64,000 nt of DNA from Elsinoe ampelina (Eukaryota): positions 471,662 through 535,661 of the forward strand of contig ML992503.1 in NCBI GenBank assembly GCA_010093995.1, given 5' to 3'. The notes below the pieces were generated by a model. The model saw nothing but the letters and a program-made list of their open reading frames with translations, was not told the DNA's origin and did not search any database. This document shows positions 1 to 10,689 of the stretch, one piece after another. The position numbers and the translations under genes are program-made. Position 1 is the first letter of the stretch; the number at the start of each line of letters is the position of its first letter.

Positions 1-1409
1 AGGCGGGTCATTTCGTCTAGTCTGGCCTGGAGTTCGGCGCAGCGCTTCTCGCCTCGCGCTTCGTAGCTCTTCTTGAGGGTCGCGACTTTGGTTTCGTGCT
101 TCTTCTTGTACACTCCGTGGAGCTCTCGACTGACTGCTTCGATCCGTGCATCAAGTTGCATGCCGACTAATCTTTGGACCTCGTCTTGCACTGCACCTTG
201 GCCGCCTTCGCCCGCCATTCGCTCGAGCATCTCTCCGACTCGTCGTTCGGCATCCTCTGCCCGTCTCTCGCTCTCTTCAACCCGACCTACCAATCCCTCG
301 CGCTCGCCTTCCATCCGCAAGACCTCTTCCCTAACAGAACCCAATACCCTCTCAACCTCTTCTCCCCTCTTCTCCCAAGAATCCTTTTCCCTCTCCGCTT
401 CTTCTCGCTTGATTCGTTCCAGTCGGCCTTGCTCCTCTGCCTCGCCTACCCTTCTTTCCGCATCCTCGAGTGCCTTCTTCAGACTCTCCACTTCCGCTTC
501 CTTGCCGGACAGCTTTGCCTTGACAGAGCTGATCTGGCTCGCGAAGCCACTCTTCAAAGCCTCCACTTCTCTTGCTGATACGGATGGGGCAGATCGCGGG
601 GTTGGTGGAGGTGGTAATTCGAAATCGAGGAGATTCATAAGCGCAGCACTCTGCCGTGATGACTTGGCTGGGGAACGAGAGTTGTTGATGTATGAGAGGA
701 GATTAGACTCTGTGCGTGAGGGAGATAGACCGCCGCGTTGTGGGGAAGGGTAGGTGGACATTTGTTGTGTAAAGTCTATGAGCAGAGAGGTAGTCTCATC
801 TTTTACTGTGGATGGACGCGAACGACGCGGCGTCGGTGAAGGTGATCGTGAAGGGGAGACCCGTCTCTTTTGCCGTGGGGTTGAAGAGTCGATGTGTGTT
901 TGGTAGAGAGGTTTCGAGGGTGAGAGTTTGGCAAAACGTGTCATGTCAGGTGCTTCAGAAAAGGTACTGAAGCAAGTGTCGTCAATGGTCGGATCTTCTG
1001 GGATTGAGTCGTTTGTGGGCGTTCGCAAGGGCTTAGGTCGAGATGGAGTCGAGTCATACATGTGTGAGCCGGAGGGCTTCTTTGCTGTTGACGTTGTCGA
1101 CAGAGTCGGAGATGAAGAGCGCTTGATCGTGCTAGGAGGCAGCATTTGTCCTCGTGTGGACGCAGGTGTTGGCTTGCTCGTAGTATTGTTCCCGACCTCT
1201 TCGTACGCCGACTTCGCTGGTGTGTCCGCTGGGAAGTCATGCACACACCCCGGCCCAGCATTCTCTTTATCGACTTCCATGACAATCTTTGAAGCTTTGA
1301 AGGGTGTTTGCTGAGCGTCACTGAAGATGTCTGCCGTCTCGGAATTCACAGAAGCATGTTGTAGTGTTTTGCTGGGTGCTCTGCTAGCGTCGTTTACTTC
1401 GGTGATGAA
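1..1409 (-). CDS. Slk19/TACC-like coiled-coil spindle/kinetochore protein (3' end outside the window)
   Basis: Open minus frame from ATG 1409 (MDTGDSIIIWDDDGSPPSSPF) to the window edge; absent from the ORF track because it has no stop here. Contains DDTCFSTFSEAPDMTRFAKL, LLIDFTQQM and a coiled coil ending ELHGVYKKKHETKVATLKKSYE, recalled from the fungal Slk19/TACC domain family. Confidence 0.7.
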
Positions 1410-2302
1410 GGGGGAGCTAGGTGGACTTCCGTCGTCGTCCCAAATGATGATAGAGTCGCCAGTATCCATTGAAATATATCCCGGCTAAAACTGAGAGTCA
1501 ATGCTGAGGTTCAAGAGTGGTCGCGAAATTGGTCGTGAACAAACAAGTGTTGATGGCAGTGTTGACAAAGCCAAACATGGTTGCCGCCAAGCCGAAGCTG
1601 CGGCCCCACCTTGTACTTTTCTCCCCTCGCATTCTTATGTGCACTCTATACCGACAGATACTGTTCCAGTCAGCTCATCCCAACCTCCATACTTTCGCAT
1701 GAAGGCATTCCAAATGAATTAGCTCCAGGATACGACTACAGGTTCAATCATGGGCAGGAGGTCAACCATCGCGAGTGGCAGCAGGAGTACCCCTTGAGGG
1801 AGACTCGATCGGAAGATCACATCGGAAACTCTGCAAAGAGGAGCCGTACCAAGAGGTAGCAGAGACCTACAATTGTCCTCGCGCAGGGAGGCAGTGCTTG
1901 ATGAAAACTTCCTGCAGTGAAGCATGTCGATCATCTCGAAAAGTTGCCGTCCATGATAGCGTCTCGATCTCGGATGTCAACGGATCTGCAGAGATGCGAT
2001 CGTCCCTGTCTATCGCAGCATATCCTGATATTTATTTCCGTCACACCATATTGACGTCTACGCATACGGTTGTAACGGCTTTCACAGTGGTCTAACTCGC
2101 TCTTTTCTCGCATCTCCACTCGGCGGTCGGCAAGCAGGTTCAAATTCAGTCTATCATGGAGTGAATGTCATCATACCCGTGGCGAAGTTGAATGCTTGAT
2201 ATAAGTAAGTATTCTCATGGCTTCATCCCTTCTCATCAATACCAGAAGACTTTTCCCATTATTCAGCAGCAGCATCGTGTAGCTTATAGCATTTGATCAA
2301 AC

Positions 2303-5300
2303 ATGTCAATCGAAGACAAAAAGCACACCATCCCACTCCCGAGAGTGGTAGATGAAATCGCGAAAAATCATCCAAACCAGACATGGATCTTTGTACCAAA
2401 GGAGGATAACATTAGCAACGGTTATCGAGAGGTCAGCTTCTCTCGCCTGGCCACAGTAGTGAATGAAATGGCAAGATGGATTGAGAAGACGGTAGGCACG
2501 AGCGACTCAAGGGAGACCATTGCTTACCTCGGAACGAACGACACAAGATACATCATCACAGTCCTAGCAGCTCTTAAGACAGGCTACAAAATCCTGCTTG
2601 CATCATCACGGAACAGCATCGAAGGACAGCGATCTCTCGCCAAAGCCACTGGTTGCAAAAAATTCCTTCACTCATCGGAATTGAAGAAAAAAGTTCATGC
2701 CATCAAAGACTCGGACCTGGACCTGGAGATTCACCAGATCCCAGAATTTGAGGAGATTCTCACTCAGCAACATGGTGGTCAGCATTATGCCGGCAAGGAA
2801 AGTGATGACCCAAACGACCCAGCAATCATTATCCATACGTCGGGCAGCACAGGCTTACCAAAGCCAATACCTCTCCGAAATGGCTATTTGGCTACTGTGT
2901 ATCGAATCTACCACATGCCAACTCCAAGACTCACCGTGGCCAAGAAGATCTGGGATCAGCGTCCGATTTTCTGTGCGCTACCATGGTTTCATGCCATGGG
3001 ACTCTTCATGATGCTACGGTCACTCTACAATCATGGACCACTGGTTCTACCGCCAAGCATGGTCAGTCCAAATGCCGAAGTCACCATCCAAGTGATACAA
3101 ACTGCAAAGCCGAAACATGGCTTCTTCCCCCCATCCATTCTGGAAGACATGGTTGAGATGGAAGGTGGTCTAGACGCATTGGCGACTCTGGATGATGTAT
3201 ACTTTGCTGGAGCTCCTCTATCCCATGAAGTTGGTGATCGCATCGCTAGATTACCGAACACGAAGCTCCAAACCATCATCGGATCCACTGAAGCTGGTAT
3301 CACTGACAGCTTTGTCAACGATGATGACGAAGATTGGGAGTACTTTGAGTGGTGTCCTTACATCGGAGCAGATCTTCAGCCACAGGGAGACGGCCTTTGC
3401 GAGCTTGTGCTGAAGAATCAACACAATGACCTACAAGGTGCATTCTTCAGCTTTCCTGGTACAGACGGATGGAGGACAAAAGACCTCTATCAGGAGCATC
3501 CTACCAAGCCTGATCTCTGGCGATACAAAGGACGAAATGACGATGTCATCGTGTTGAGCAACGGCGAGAAGTTTGGCCCGGTCGATCTCGAAAAGACTGT
3601 TGAGGCTCACGGTTCCATCAAGGGTGCGCTTGTGGTCGGTCAAGGCCGATTCCAAGCTGGACTCATCGTCGAGCCAGACGCAGGCCATGCAAAAGAGGCG
3701 CAAGAGGATCCAGGGACTTTCATCGAGACTATCTGGCCGGCCGTCGAAAAAGGTAACGGTACAGTAGCAGCTCATGGCCGGGTCTTCAAGTCTAAAATCG
3801 CCATCGCCAAAGCTGATAAGCCCTTTGTCCGTGTCGCCAAGGGGAGCATTATGCGTCGGCAAACCAACGGTCTCTATGAGAAGGAGATCGACGCGCTTTA
3901 CGGCAACGAAACGTATGTTGACCAGATCTCTCAACTTGATCCGAGTGCCGACGACTCCGAGATTAGGGACACAGTCCTGACCGCCATCAGTTTAGCACTA
4001 CCAGATCTGCCGAAAGATCTTGAGGACTCGACTGACCTTTTCTCATACTCCATCGATTCTCTCGGTGTGCTCGGTCTGACGTCTGTACTTAACCATGCTA
4101 TGCCACATGGAGAGAATATCATCAAACCACGCACTTTCTACTCCAACTCGACCATATCTGGCATCATCTCTGCCATCTCCTCGATCCTTCACGGTGAGCA
4201 GACCTCAAGCAAGAGTCGCGAACAGCGCATGTCGGATATGCTTTCGAAATACACCAAGTCTTTGCCGGCACACATTGAAGCTCTACCACGCCAAAGTGAG
4301 CACTCGGTCGTGCTTACCGGCAGTACCGGTTCCCTGGGTACTTACATCCTCAACCGCCTCATTCAAGACCCCACCGTCATCAAGATCTACTGCCTCAACC
4401 GCTCGACCGACTCTGCCTCGCGACAACACTCCGCCTTCACATCCCGCTCGCTCAACCCCGATTTCTCCAAGGTCGAATTCCTCCAAGCCTCTATGGGAAA
4501 AGATAGCTTCGGCCTGCCACCACAAAAATACGCCGCTTTGAAAGACCACGTCGACGTCTTCATCCACAATGCCTGGGCAGTCGACTTCAATCTCTCACTC
4601 GAGAGCTTTGAAGACCCACACATTGCCGGCGTATGGCGCACTATCACTTTCGCTTCGGAGAGTAGGTACAAAGCCGGAATCGTCTTCGTCTCCAGCATCG
4701 CGAGTGTGGGGAACTGGTACAGCAAAGGCCGCAAAGGTCCTGTGCCGGAAAACAGGCTGGACGACGACGCTGTAGCGCTACCACAGGGTTACGGAGAGAG
4801 TAAGCACGTTTCTGGCAGACTACTGGCGGCAGCTGCGGAACGGACGGGACTGGAGGTTGAAGTGGTCAGGGTGGGGCAGTTGGCTGGACCAGTGGAGAAG
4901 GGTGGGGTGTGGAATGAGCAGGAGTGGTTACCTAGCATCATCAGCTCGAGCGGGGAGATTGGAAAGTTGCCGATGAATCTAGGGAATATGGAGACAGTGG
5001 ATTGGGTGCCGGTTGATGTGGCGGCTGATGTGATGGTTGAGTTGGCGTTGGAAGGGAGGGTGGATGAGAAGTTGCATGAGACGGAGAGGTGGTTTCATTT
5101 GGTGAATCCGAGAACGGTGGCGTGGGGAAAGTTGTGGCCCGTGGTCAAGGAGTATTACAAGGAGAAGGGGAGGGAATTAGAGGTTGTGACATTTGAGGAG
5201 TGGTTGAAGGCTCTCAAGGGTTTGCCGGCCACGAGGGAGAATGCTGAGAGGGTGCCTGGACTGAAGCTGATGGACTTCTATGAGGGACTAGCAGCACCTC

Positions 5301-5416
5301 AGGGCCTTCCGAGACTGGCAACAGAGAAGACCGAGGCCACGAGTAAGACGCTCAAGGAATTGGGGCCTGTAACGGAGGACATGATGGAGCAGTGGCTCGG
5401 GCAGTGGCGATTCTAA
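2303..5416 (+). CDS. NRPS-like A-T-R enzyme (carboxylic acid reductase-like), intronless, 1037 aa
   Basis: Adenylation motifs HTSGSTGLPK, IGSTE, TKDL and GRNDD; thiolation-like SIDSL; terminal reductase with VLTGSTGSLG, HNAW, FVSS and YGESK. Confidence 0.92.
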   Translation: MSIEDKKHTIPLPRVVDEIAKNHPNQTWIFVPKEDNISNGYREVSFSRLATVVNEMARWIEKTVGTSDSRETIAYLGTNDTRYIITVLAALKTGYKILLASSRNSIEGQRSLAKATGCKKFLHSSELKKKVHAIKDSDLDLEIHQIPEFEEILTQQHGGQHYAGKESDDPNDPAIIIHTSGSTGLPKPIPLRNGYLATVYRIYHMPTPRLTVAKKIWDQRPIFCALPWFHAMGLFMMLRSLYNHGPLVLPPSMVSPNAEVTIQVIQTAKPKHGFFPPSILEDMVEMEGGLDALATLDDVYFAGAPLSHEVGDRIARLPNTKLQTIIGSTEAGITDSFVNDDDEDWEYFEWCPYIGADLQPQGDGLCELVLKNQHNDLQGAFFSFPGTDGWRTKDLYQEHPTKPDLWRYKGRNDDVIVLSNGEKFGPVDLEKTVEAHGSIKGALVVGQGRFQAGLIVEPDAGHAKEAQEDPGTFIETIWPAVEKGNGTVAAHGRVFKSKIAIAKADKPFVRVAKGSIMRRQTNGLYEKEIDALYGNETYVDQISQLDPSADDSEIRDTVLTAISLALPDLPKDLEDSTDLFSYSIDSLGVLGLTSVLNHAMPHGENIIKPRTFYSNSTISGIISAISSILHGEQTSSKSREQRMSDMLSKYTKSLPAHIEALPRQSEHSVVLTGSTGSLGTYILNRLIQDPTVIKIYCLNRSTDSASRQHSAFTSRSLNPDFSKVEFLQASMGKDSFGLPPQKYAALKDHVDVFIHNAWAVDFNLSLESFEDPHIAGVWRTITFASESRYKAGIVFVSSIASVGNWYSKGRKGPVPENRLDDDAVALPQGYGESKHVSGRLLAAAAERTGLEVEVVRVGQLAGPVEKGGVWNEQEWLPSIISSSGEIGKLPMNLGNMETVDWVPVDVAADVMVELALEGRVDEKLHETERWFHLVNPRTVAWGKLWPVVKEYYKEKGRELEVVTFEEWLKALKGLPATRENAERVPGLKLMDFYEGLAAPQGLPRLATEKTEATSKTLKELGPVTEDMMEQWLGQWRF

Positions 5417-5548
5417 CCTGCTCGTCCAGCATTAGACGTAAACGCCACTTGTAGAAGTACACTTGCATGAGATTCATCAAATGCCTCGCTGAGAATGTCG
5501 AAGTCTGGATTCGTTACGTGAAATGGAATTGTATGCGATGACGTTGTA

Positions 5549-5587
5549 TTCTCTGTTGCAAAAGGGCTGGGATTTCCTTGGCAAATT
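5549..5587 (+). repeat. Left TIR (39 bp)
   Basis: ttctctgttgcaaaagggctgggatttccttggcaaatt is the exact reverse complement of 9024-9062. Confidence 0.95.
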
Positions 5588-5660
5588 AGCGTGTAAACCA
5601 CCACCAAATTGACTAATTCTCACCTATCTCACTGTAATTCGCCCAATTCGTCGTTTTTGA

Positions 5661-5681
5661 AGCTGAAAAAAGGTGTAATAG
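5661..5681 (+). repeat. Left inner (subterminal) inverted repeat
   Basis: agctgaaaaaaggtgtaatag matches the reverse complement of 8930-8950 at 20/21. Both copies begin 112 bp from their element end. Confidence 0.85.
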
Positions 5682-5700
5682 CTCTGCCAAGTGCGATTAT

Positions 5701-7788
5701 ATGTCTTTTAATCCGATTGATCCAACTCGTACGCAAATTAACTAGATAATTACTAAGATAGAGGACTTTAACCCTAGCGCGTTTAATGCACCACTAAGCT
5801 CCCCCCCCCTCGCAAACACCCCCCCTTAGTCTATCGAGCGTAATAAAGAGCTAGTTAAGGAAGATAGATCAAATGCTAGATATCTACCTTAATTTAGTAA
5901 CCTATTAGAGCTCTTAGAAATGCTAGTATTAGAGGGGTTCTATAAGATTATCAACCTCTCCCCTTAGTTAGCCTAGGCTTAATCCTTATACCACGTTAAG
6001 TTTGCTAGCCTTCAAACTTTATAAGATAATAGAGATAGTAATAGAGAAGCGCCTATAAGAAGGACAGCACGTATAAATACTAGTAAGCCTCTAAAGAACC
6101 TCGATCTAGAGGCTCTAATTAGAAGAAGTATTTAGAGGAAGTATAAACGCTAAAGTCGACCTGTAGTTGTTAAGGAAGAAGGAGGTAAAGTTAAAGAAGT
6201 TAGAGAGGTTAAATCACAAGCTAAGTAGCCTATCTAAAAAAGTTAAAGAGTTACTTATTAGAGTGCTATAATATTAGCGCTAAGAAGGTATATCTCTTGA
6301 CCGATATCCCCTTTCCCTTCTAACTTAGCAATAGCTACGTAAGAGCAACTAGATAATAAGGCAACTACTAGAGGAGCATTATAGGGTACCCCTTAAGTAT
6401 TAGGGAGGTAGTAGAGTTAATCTAAGTTAAATCTACCTCGCTGTTACTATTAACAAAAATTGCTAAGTCCTTCTACTAACCCTTAGACTTAGCGCTTACT
6501 AACACCTCCTCCTAACGTCTAGTTCGTCTTAGTATAGACTATTCACTTTGATAGCAAGGAGCTTAAGCGATTTAATAAGCTTTATAATGTTAATAGTAGT
6601 GTTAGTAGCATCTACGATAAGGTAGCTACTGCTGTCTATCTATTTGCTTATATATAAGGCCTCTAATACTACCCTCTCTCTTAGAAGGCTAAGCTCTTTA
6701 TTATCTCTACAAAGGGCAACCCTATTAACTCTATAGATAACTTTAAGGTGCTAGGATTACTATAGTATAAGGTCGTCGACCTTATAAGGCACTACTATAG
6801 TTTAAAGAAGAAGGAGCTACAATTACACGTTAACGATTAATAGGGGAGGTTCTCCTTAGAGTAGAGTACCTCTACCGAGAGTAATATCTTAGTACTAGCT
6901 AATGCTACTAATCCCTATACTATCCGAGGTACTACTACTTACCCCCTATAAGCTATACTACGACAACTAGACTACGATACACCTCGAGGACTATTAGCAT
7001 TAAATGTGCAAGCTAAGAAGATCTTCCGTAAGTGATTTTAGCGTAATATTAAGGAGTTTTACTAGTGCAAAACTAGCCGGTGTCTAAATGTGAATAAGGT
7101 AGCGTATATCGTTATTAGTGGCACTTACTATGCTATCGATGCTAATATTATTAACAAATGGCGGCGTGATACTACTATAGGCTAGTCTACTACTAGTAGG
7201 CCGTCGGTCTATATTATTAATTTTATTACTGCCGCTACCGAGGCTTATAAGGATAAGTAGTTAGCTAAGTATAAGCAACACGAGAGGCAATAAGGCAAAT
7301 CTAACCCTCCTCCCTATAGGCCTCCTTTAACCCCTATCTTTAATTAGTACTTCTATAACAGCGGCTAGCCTCTAGTACCTCGTCTAGAGTTACTCTTAGC
7401 TCTTCTAATTACTCTCCGACTCTCCTTTATACTAATAGTAAGCAATAGTAATATTAAAACCCTCCGGTTAAGCTCGCTCCCCCTTAAGGCTAAAGACCCT
7501 TAATATATTACTTGCTTTTTTAACTCTCTTGTGTAGTACTACCCTCGCTTTAAGGTGCCTCTTTATAACGCTACTTAGCGGCTTATTACAGATTACTAGG
7601 ACCTTAAATTGCTCTTGCGATCGAGTAATAAGATGCTAGAGAGGATAATCCCTCCTTATAGTATTAGAGTAAAGGTAAAGTAGCACCTTAGCCTCTTTAT
7701 TCGGTAGATACCTAGTATAGTATTGTCCGACAAAGAGGGGTAATCCGAGCGTGCTACGCAATTATAACAGATTAATAGCGATTAATAG
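5701..7788 (+). pseudogene. RIP-degraded second gene of the transposon (~695 codons, unknown function)
   Basis: One frame from ATG 5701 reads as protein (MSFNPIDPTRTQ...). It is interrupted by stops that are all transition-revertible to Gln/Trp/Arg codons. A Cys/His/Trp motif lies at 7066-7161. The end coordinate is approximate. Confidence 0.65.
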
Positions 7789-7794
7789 ATGACT

Positions 7795-8848
7795 TTATTT
7801 AAGCCTATATCTGCACTTTTTAAATAGTTCTTTAAAGTTAACACCGCTCTAAAAGTCCTTATAGGACTTATGGATAAAGACCTTAAACTAACACTAGTAT
7901 CTCTCTATATTAAGCTACGGCGCCTCCTTCCTATTACACCGTATGTACTGCTTTAATATATAAAAGCTAGGCTTAATTAGATTATAATCCGGTAAATAGC
8001 TAGGTAAAAAACGCACTATAATACTATACTATTAATAGAGGTCAATTACTACCTAACGTAATTAGCTAAGCACCGGCGGCGGCGATAGTAAACTCTTTAC
8101 GTACCTTCCTCTAGTAAATTTAACAATTATCTAATACTAACACCGACTGTAGGCCTAGATAAGGTAAGCACTACGGTAGTACCTCCTCTTAAAGCTAGTA
8201 CTCGAATATTGTAGCTATAATTAAGCCTTAAAACACCTTTACGCTATAGAGATATCTATTAATAGTAAGCGCTAGAAGTACTAACTAGCGCTTGCTTGTT
8301 TTTCTTACCGAGCAATCTATAGCCGGTGACCCCTTTAATAACTAGCCGGAGTAGCGCTATAGAGTCTTCTTATTAACTATAGTCTTATCTACACACACGA
8401 GCTAGTTAGCAGTAAACGCCTCTATCTCTTTGCGATACTCGGTACGGAGTACCTTGTCCCTCTAGCTAGTAGCACGACTTAATACCTTATAGGTGTAATT
8501 CGACTTTTTTAGCCCTCTAGAGATAGTACTAATTAACATAGTAATTGACTAATAGGACTCTAAATAATCCTATAGCTCCTCTAAGTACATATCTAACTCC
8601 TCCTCGAATAGCCTTTATATATCTAGTAACACCTCGAGTAGTAATAGAGGTAGCTGCCCCCTCTTCTTTAATACCTTTAGATGTTTAATATAGCTAAAGG
8701 TAAGCTAATTAGCCTTTAACTAGTACAATCTCGACCTCGAGAGGCCTTCTATAAGGTTAGTAACATTATTAGCACTTATACTAGAGAGGAAGAGCTTGTA
8801 GATGCGGTTGACGTAATAGGGCGATAAAATAAGGTATGTTTAAGGCAT
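7795..8848 (-). pseudogene. RIP-degraded Tc1/IS630-type DD34E transposase with one intron (8104-8053)
   Basis: Minus frame reads LVCVDKT, R*LVLLALTINR, EEVLP*CLPYLGLQSVLVLDNC*IY and VRFLPSYLPDYNLIK, which revert by transitions to VDET, RWSVLPALTIDG, PYPGPQSVLVLDN and YSPDYNPIE. After removing the GTACGT...GCTAAT...TAG intron, 34 residues separate the second D from the E position. Confidence 0.9.
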
Positions 8849-8929
8849 TATAACTACGACGCTAGCGTACGTAAATTAGCTACAAATTAGTTAATTTTTT
8901 AATTACTGAATTTAGCAGCACCAACTTTA

Positions 8930-8950
8930 CTATTACACCTTTTTTGAGCT
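8930..8950 (-). repeat. Right inner (subterminal) inverted repeat
   Basis: ctattacaccttttttgagct pairs with 5661-5681. Confidence 0.85.
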
Positions 8951-9023
8951 TTAATTATCGATAGATTGGTGAGTTACTAGCTATTAGGCTAAAACTGGTC
9001 GTTTAAGCTGACGTTGACAAGCA

Positions 9024-9062
9024 AATTTGCCAAGGAAATCCCAGCCCTTTTGCAACAGAGAA
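9024..9062 (-). repeat. Right TIR (39 bp)
   Basis: aatttgccaaggaaatcccagcccttttgcaacagagaa, followed by TA. Confidence 0.95.
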
Positions 9063-9174
9063 TAGAATCCACATACGAGGCTGGCGGGGCTCCGAATGTT
9101 GCACAATATATTCTGCCTTCTGCCACTCTCGTGAAGTTTGCATATCCAATTTATCGAAGCTCACGAGAGATATC

Positions 9175-10538
9175 ATGGCAGAAGCTGCGGGCGCATTCTA
9201 TGCTGTTGAGACATTCGTCGAGGGAGCTATTGCGGCGGCGAAAGGGGTATACGATCCAACATTGCCATTGCGAGTGGACCTTCTCCCGGTCAAAGACATT
9301 GACCTGCCACGTTACAATCATACTGTGTCTCTTGTAAAAGGTAGAGCGTATGTATTTGGCGGTATCACTAAGAAAGATGGCGGCAAAGAGGTGTGCCCTC
9401 GCCTAGCACTTCATATATGGATGTTCTAACACGCGGACAGGAGCTGGCAGACAACGATGTCCATGTAATCATCCTACCAATATCTGGCACAGAGGGCTCG
9501 GACTACAAGAAGATCGACTCAAGCTCGGACAGCCCTCCTCCTCGTCAAGGACATTCCGCAGCCGTCATCGATGACTATATCTTCATCTACGGAGGCGCCA
9601 CTCTATCGGGAGAACCTCTGGACGAAGCCGCCACCGTATGGGCCTTTTCAACCACAGCATCCTCCTGGAAGAAGCTCACACCCGCCCACGGCACGAACAC
9701 CCCGCCAAACCGCACCCAACACGCCTCAGTCGCAACCCCTCACCCCCAAAAGCCCTTCAAACGCACCGACGAGAATCTCATCCCCCAACTCACCTCCGAC
9801 CCCTCCAAACATGTCCCCGAACCCCCAGTCCCACTCACCTACGGCACCCTCATCATCCACGGCGGCATTTCCCTCCCCACGTCCGACCCCTACAACGACG
9901 TCTGGTCCCTCGACATCTCCACCCTCACCTGGTCCCCTCTGCCCACTCCCACGTCCCACGTCCGCCCCTCCCCCTCCCCTTGCCTCGCCCTCGACTCCAC
10001 CCGCCTCTACACCTACGCCGCCGGCACCGTCCACGCCCTCACCCTCACCGCGTCCGCCACCTCCGACCCCGCCGGCTCCGGCCCCGACGAACTCGGCGTC
10101 TCGGCGCTGAGTCCGTGGGCGCCGCTGAGTAAAGCCTCCCACTCCGAAGGATCAGGCTCGCGGAGCGGCGCGTTCATCTCCCCGATCACGACGGGGCAAG
10201 GGAGGAACTACCTCGCTCTTCTGGGCGGGTCGGGACGGGGGGATATCTGGACCCTCCAATTGCGGCCCGAGGGTATGACGGCCGCGAGCTTCAAGGATGC
10301 GGCGCGCATGGCGGTGAGCAAGGGGACGGGGGAGAAGGAGTGGGCTGAGGTGAGGTATTTTGATGGTGAAGGGGTCATGGTGCAGGAGGGGCAGGAGGGG
10401 AGGGGCGTGGCGGGACGAGAGGGGTTTGCGGCGGCGAGGGATGGGGAGGAGGATGGGGGGACGGTGTTTGTTCATGGTGGGAAGGGGAGGGAGGGGGAGG
10501 TGAGGGGGGATGGGGTCTTGGTTACGTTTGGGATATAG
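9175..10538 (+). CDS. Kelch-repeat (beta-propeller) protein; exons 9175-9390, 9441-10538
   Basis: Repeated kelch motifs PRYNHT..AYVFGG, PRQGHSA..IFIYGG, IIHGG..NDVW and VFVHGG. A phase-0 intron GTGTGC...CTAAC...CAG joins two ORFs. Confidence 0.85.
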
Positions 10539-10689
10539 GGGACATGGGAAAGGGGAGATGGGGAACGGGAAACCGGGAAATGGAAAACGGGACTGGCAAA
10601 GTATCAGGAGGGGTATGTTGGGCATCTAGAAGCAGATTCGGGTATGTTACAACGAACTATGGTACATGAAATCCAGACATGTCGCTGCG

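Larger units (their letters stand above)
5549..9062. mobile_element. Complete Tc1/IS630-superfamily DNA transposon (~3.5 kb), RIP-mutated, two convergent genes
   Basis: TA at 5547-48 and 9063-64 flank perfect 39-bp inverted repeats. The interior is AT-rich with TpA excess and CpA/TpG depletion, and carries a degenerate DD34E transposase on the minus strand. Confidence 0.93.

Noticed and set aside
73..753. Plus-strand Ser-rich ORFs
   Set aside because: Antisense to the coherent Slk19/TACC-like frame.
5700..8930. Alternative genetic code or horizontally acquired AT-rich DNA
   Set aside because: The stops and AT richness are explained by RIP-type transitions inside a TIR-bounded element.
9571..10142. 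Pro/Ser/Thr-rich and Gly-rich overlapping ORFs (also at 61314-62359)
   Set aside because: Alternative-frame artefacts of the C-rich and G-rich skew blocks within real genes.
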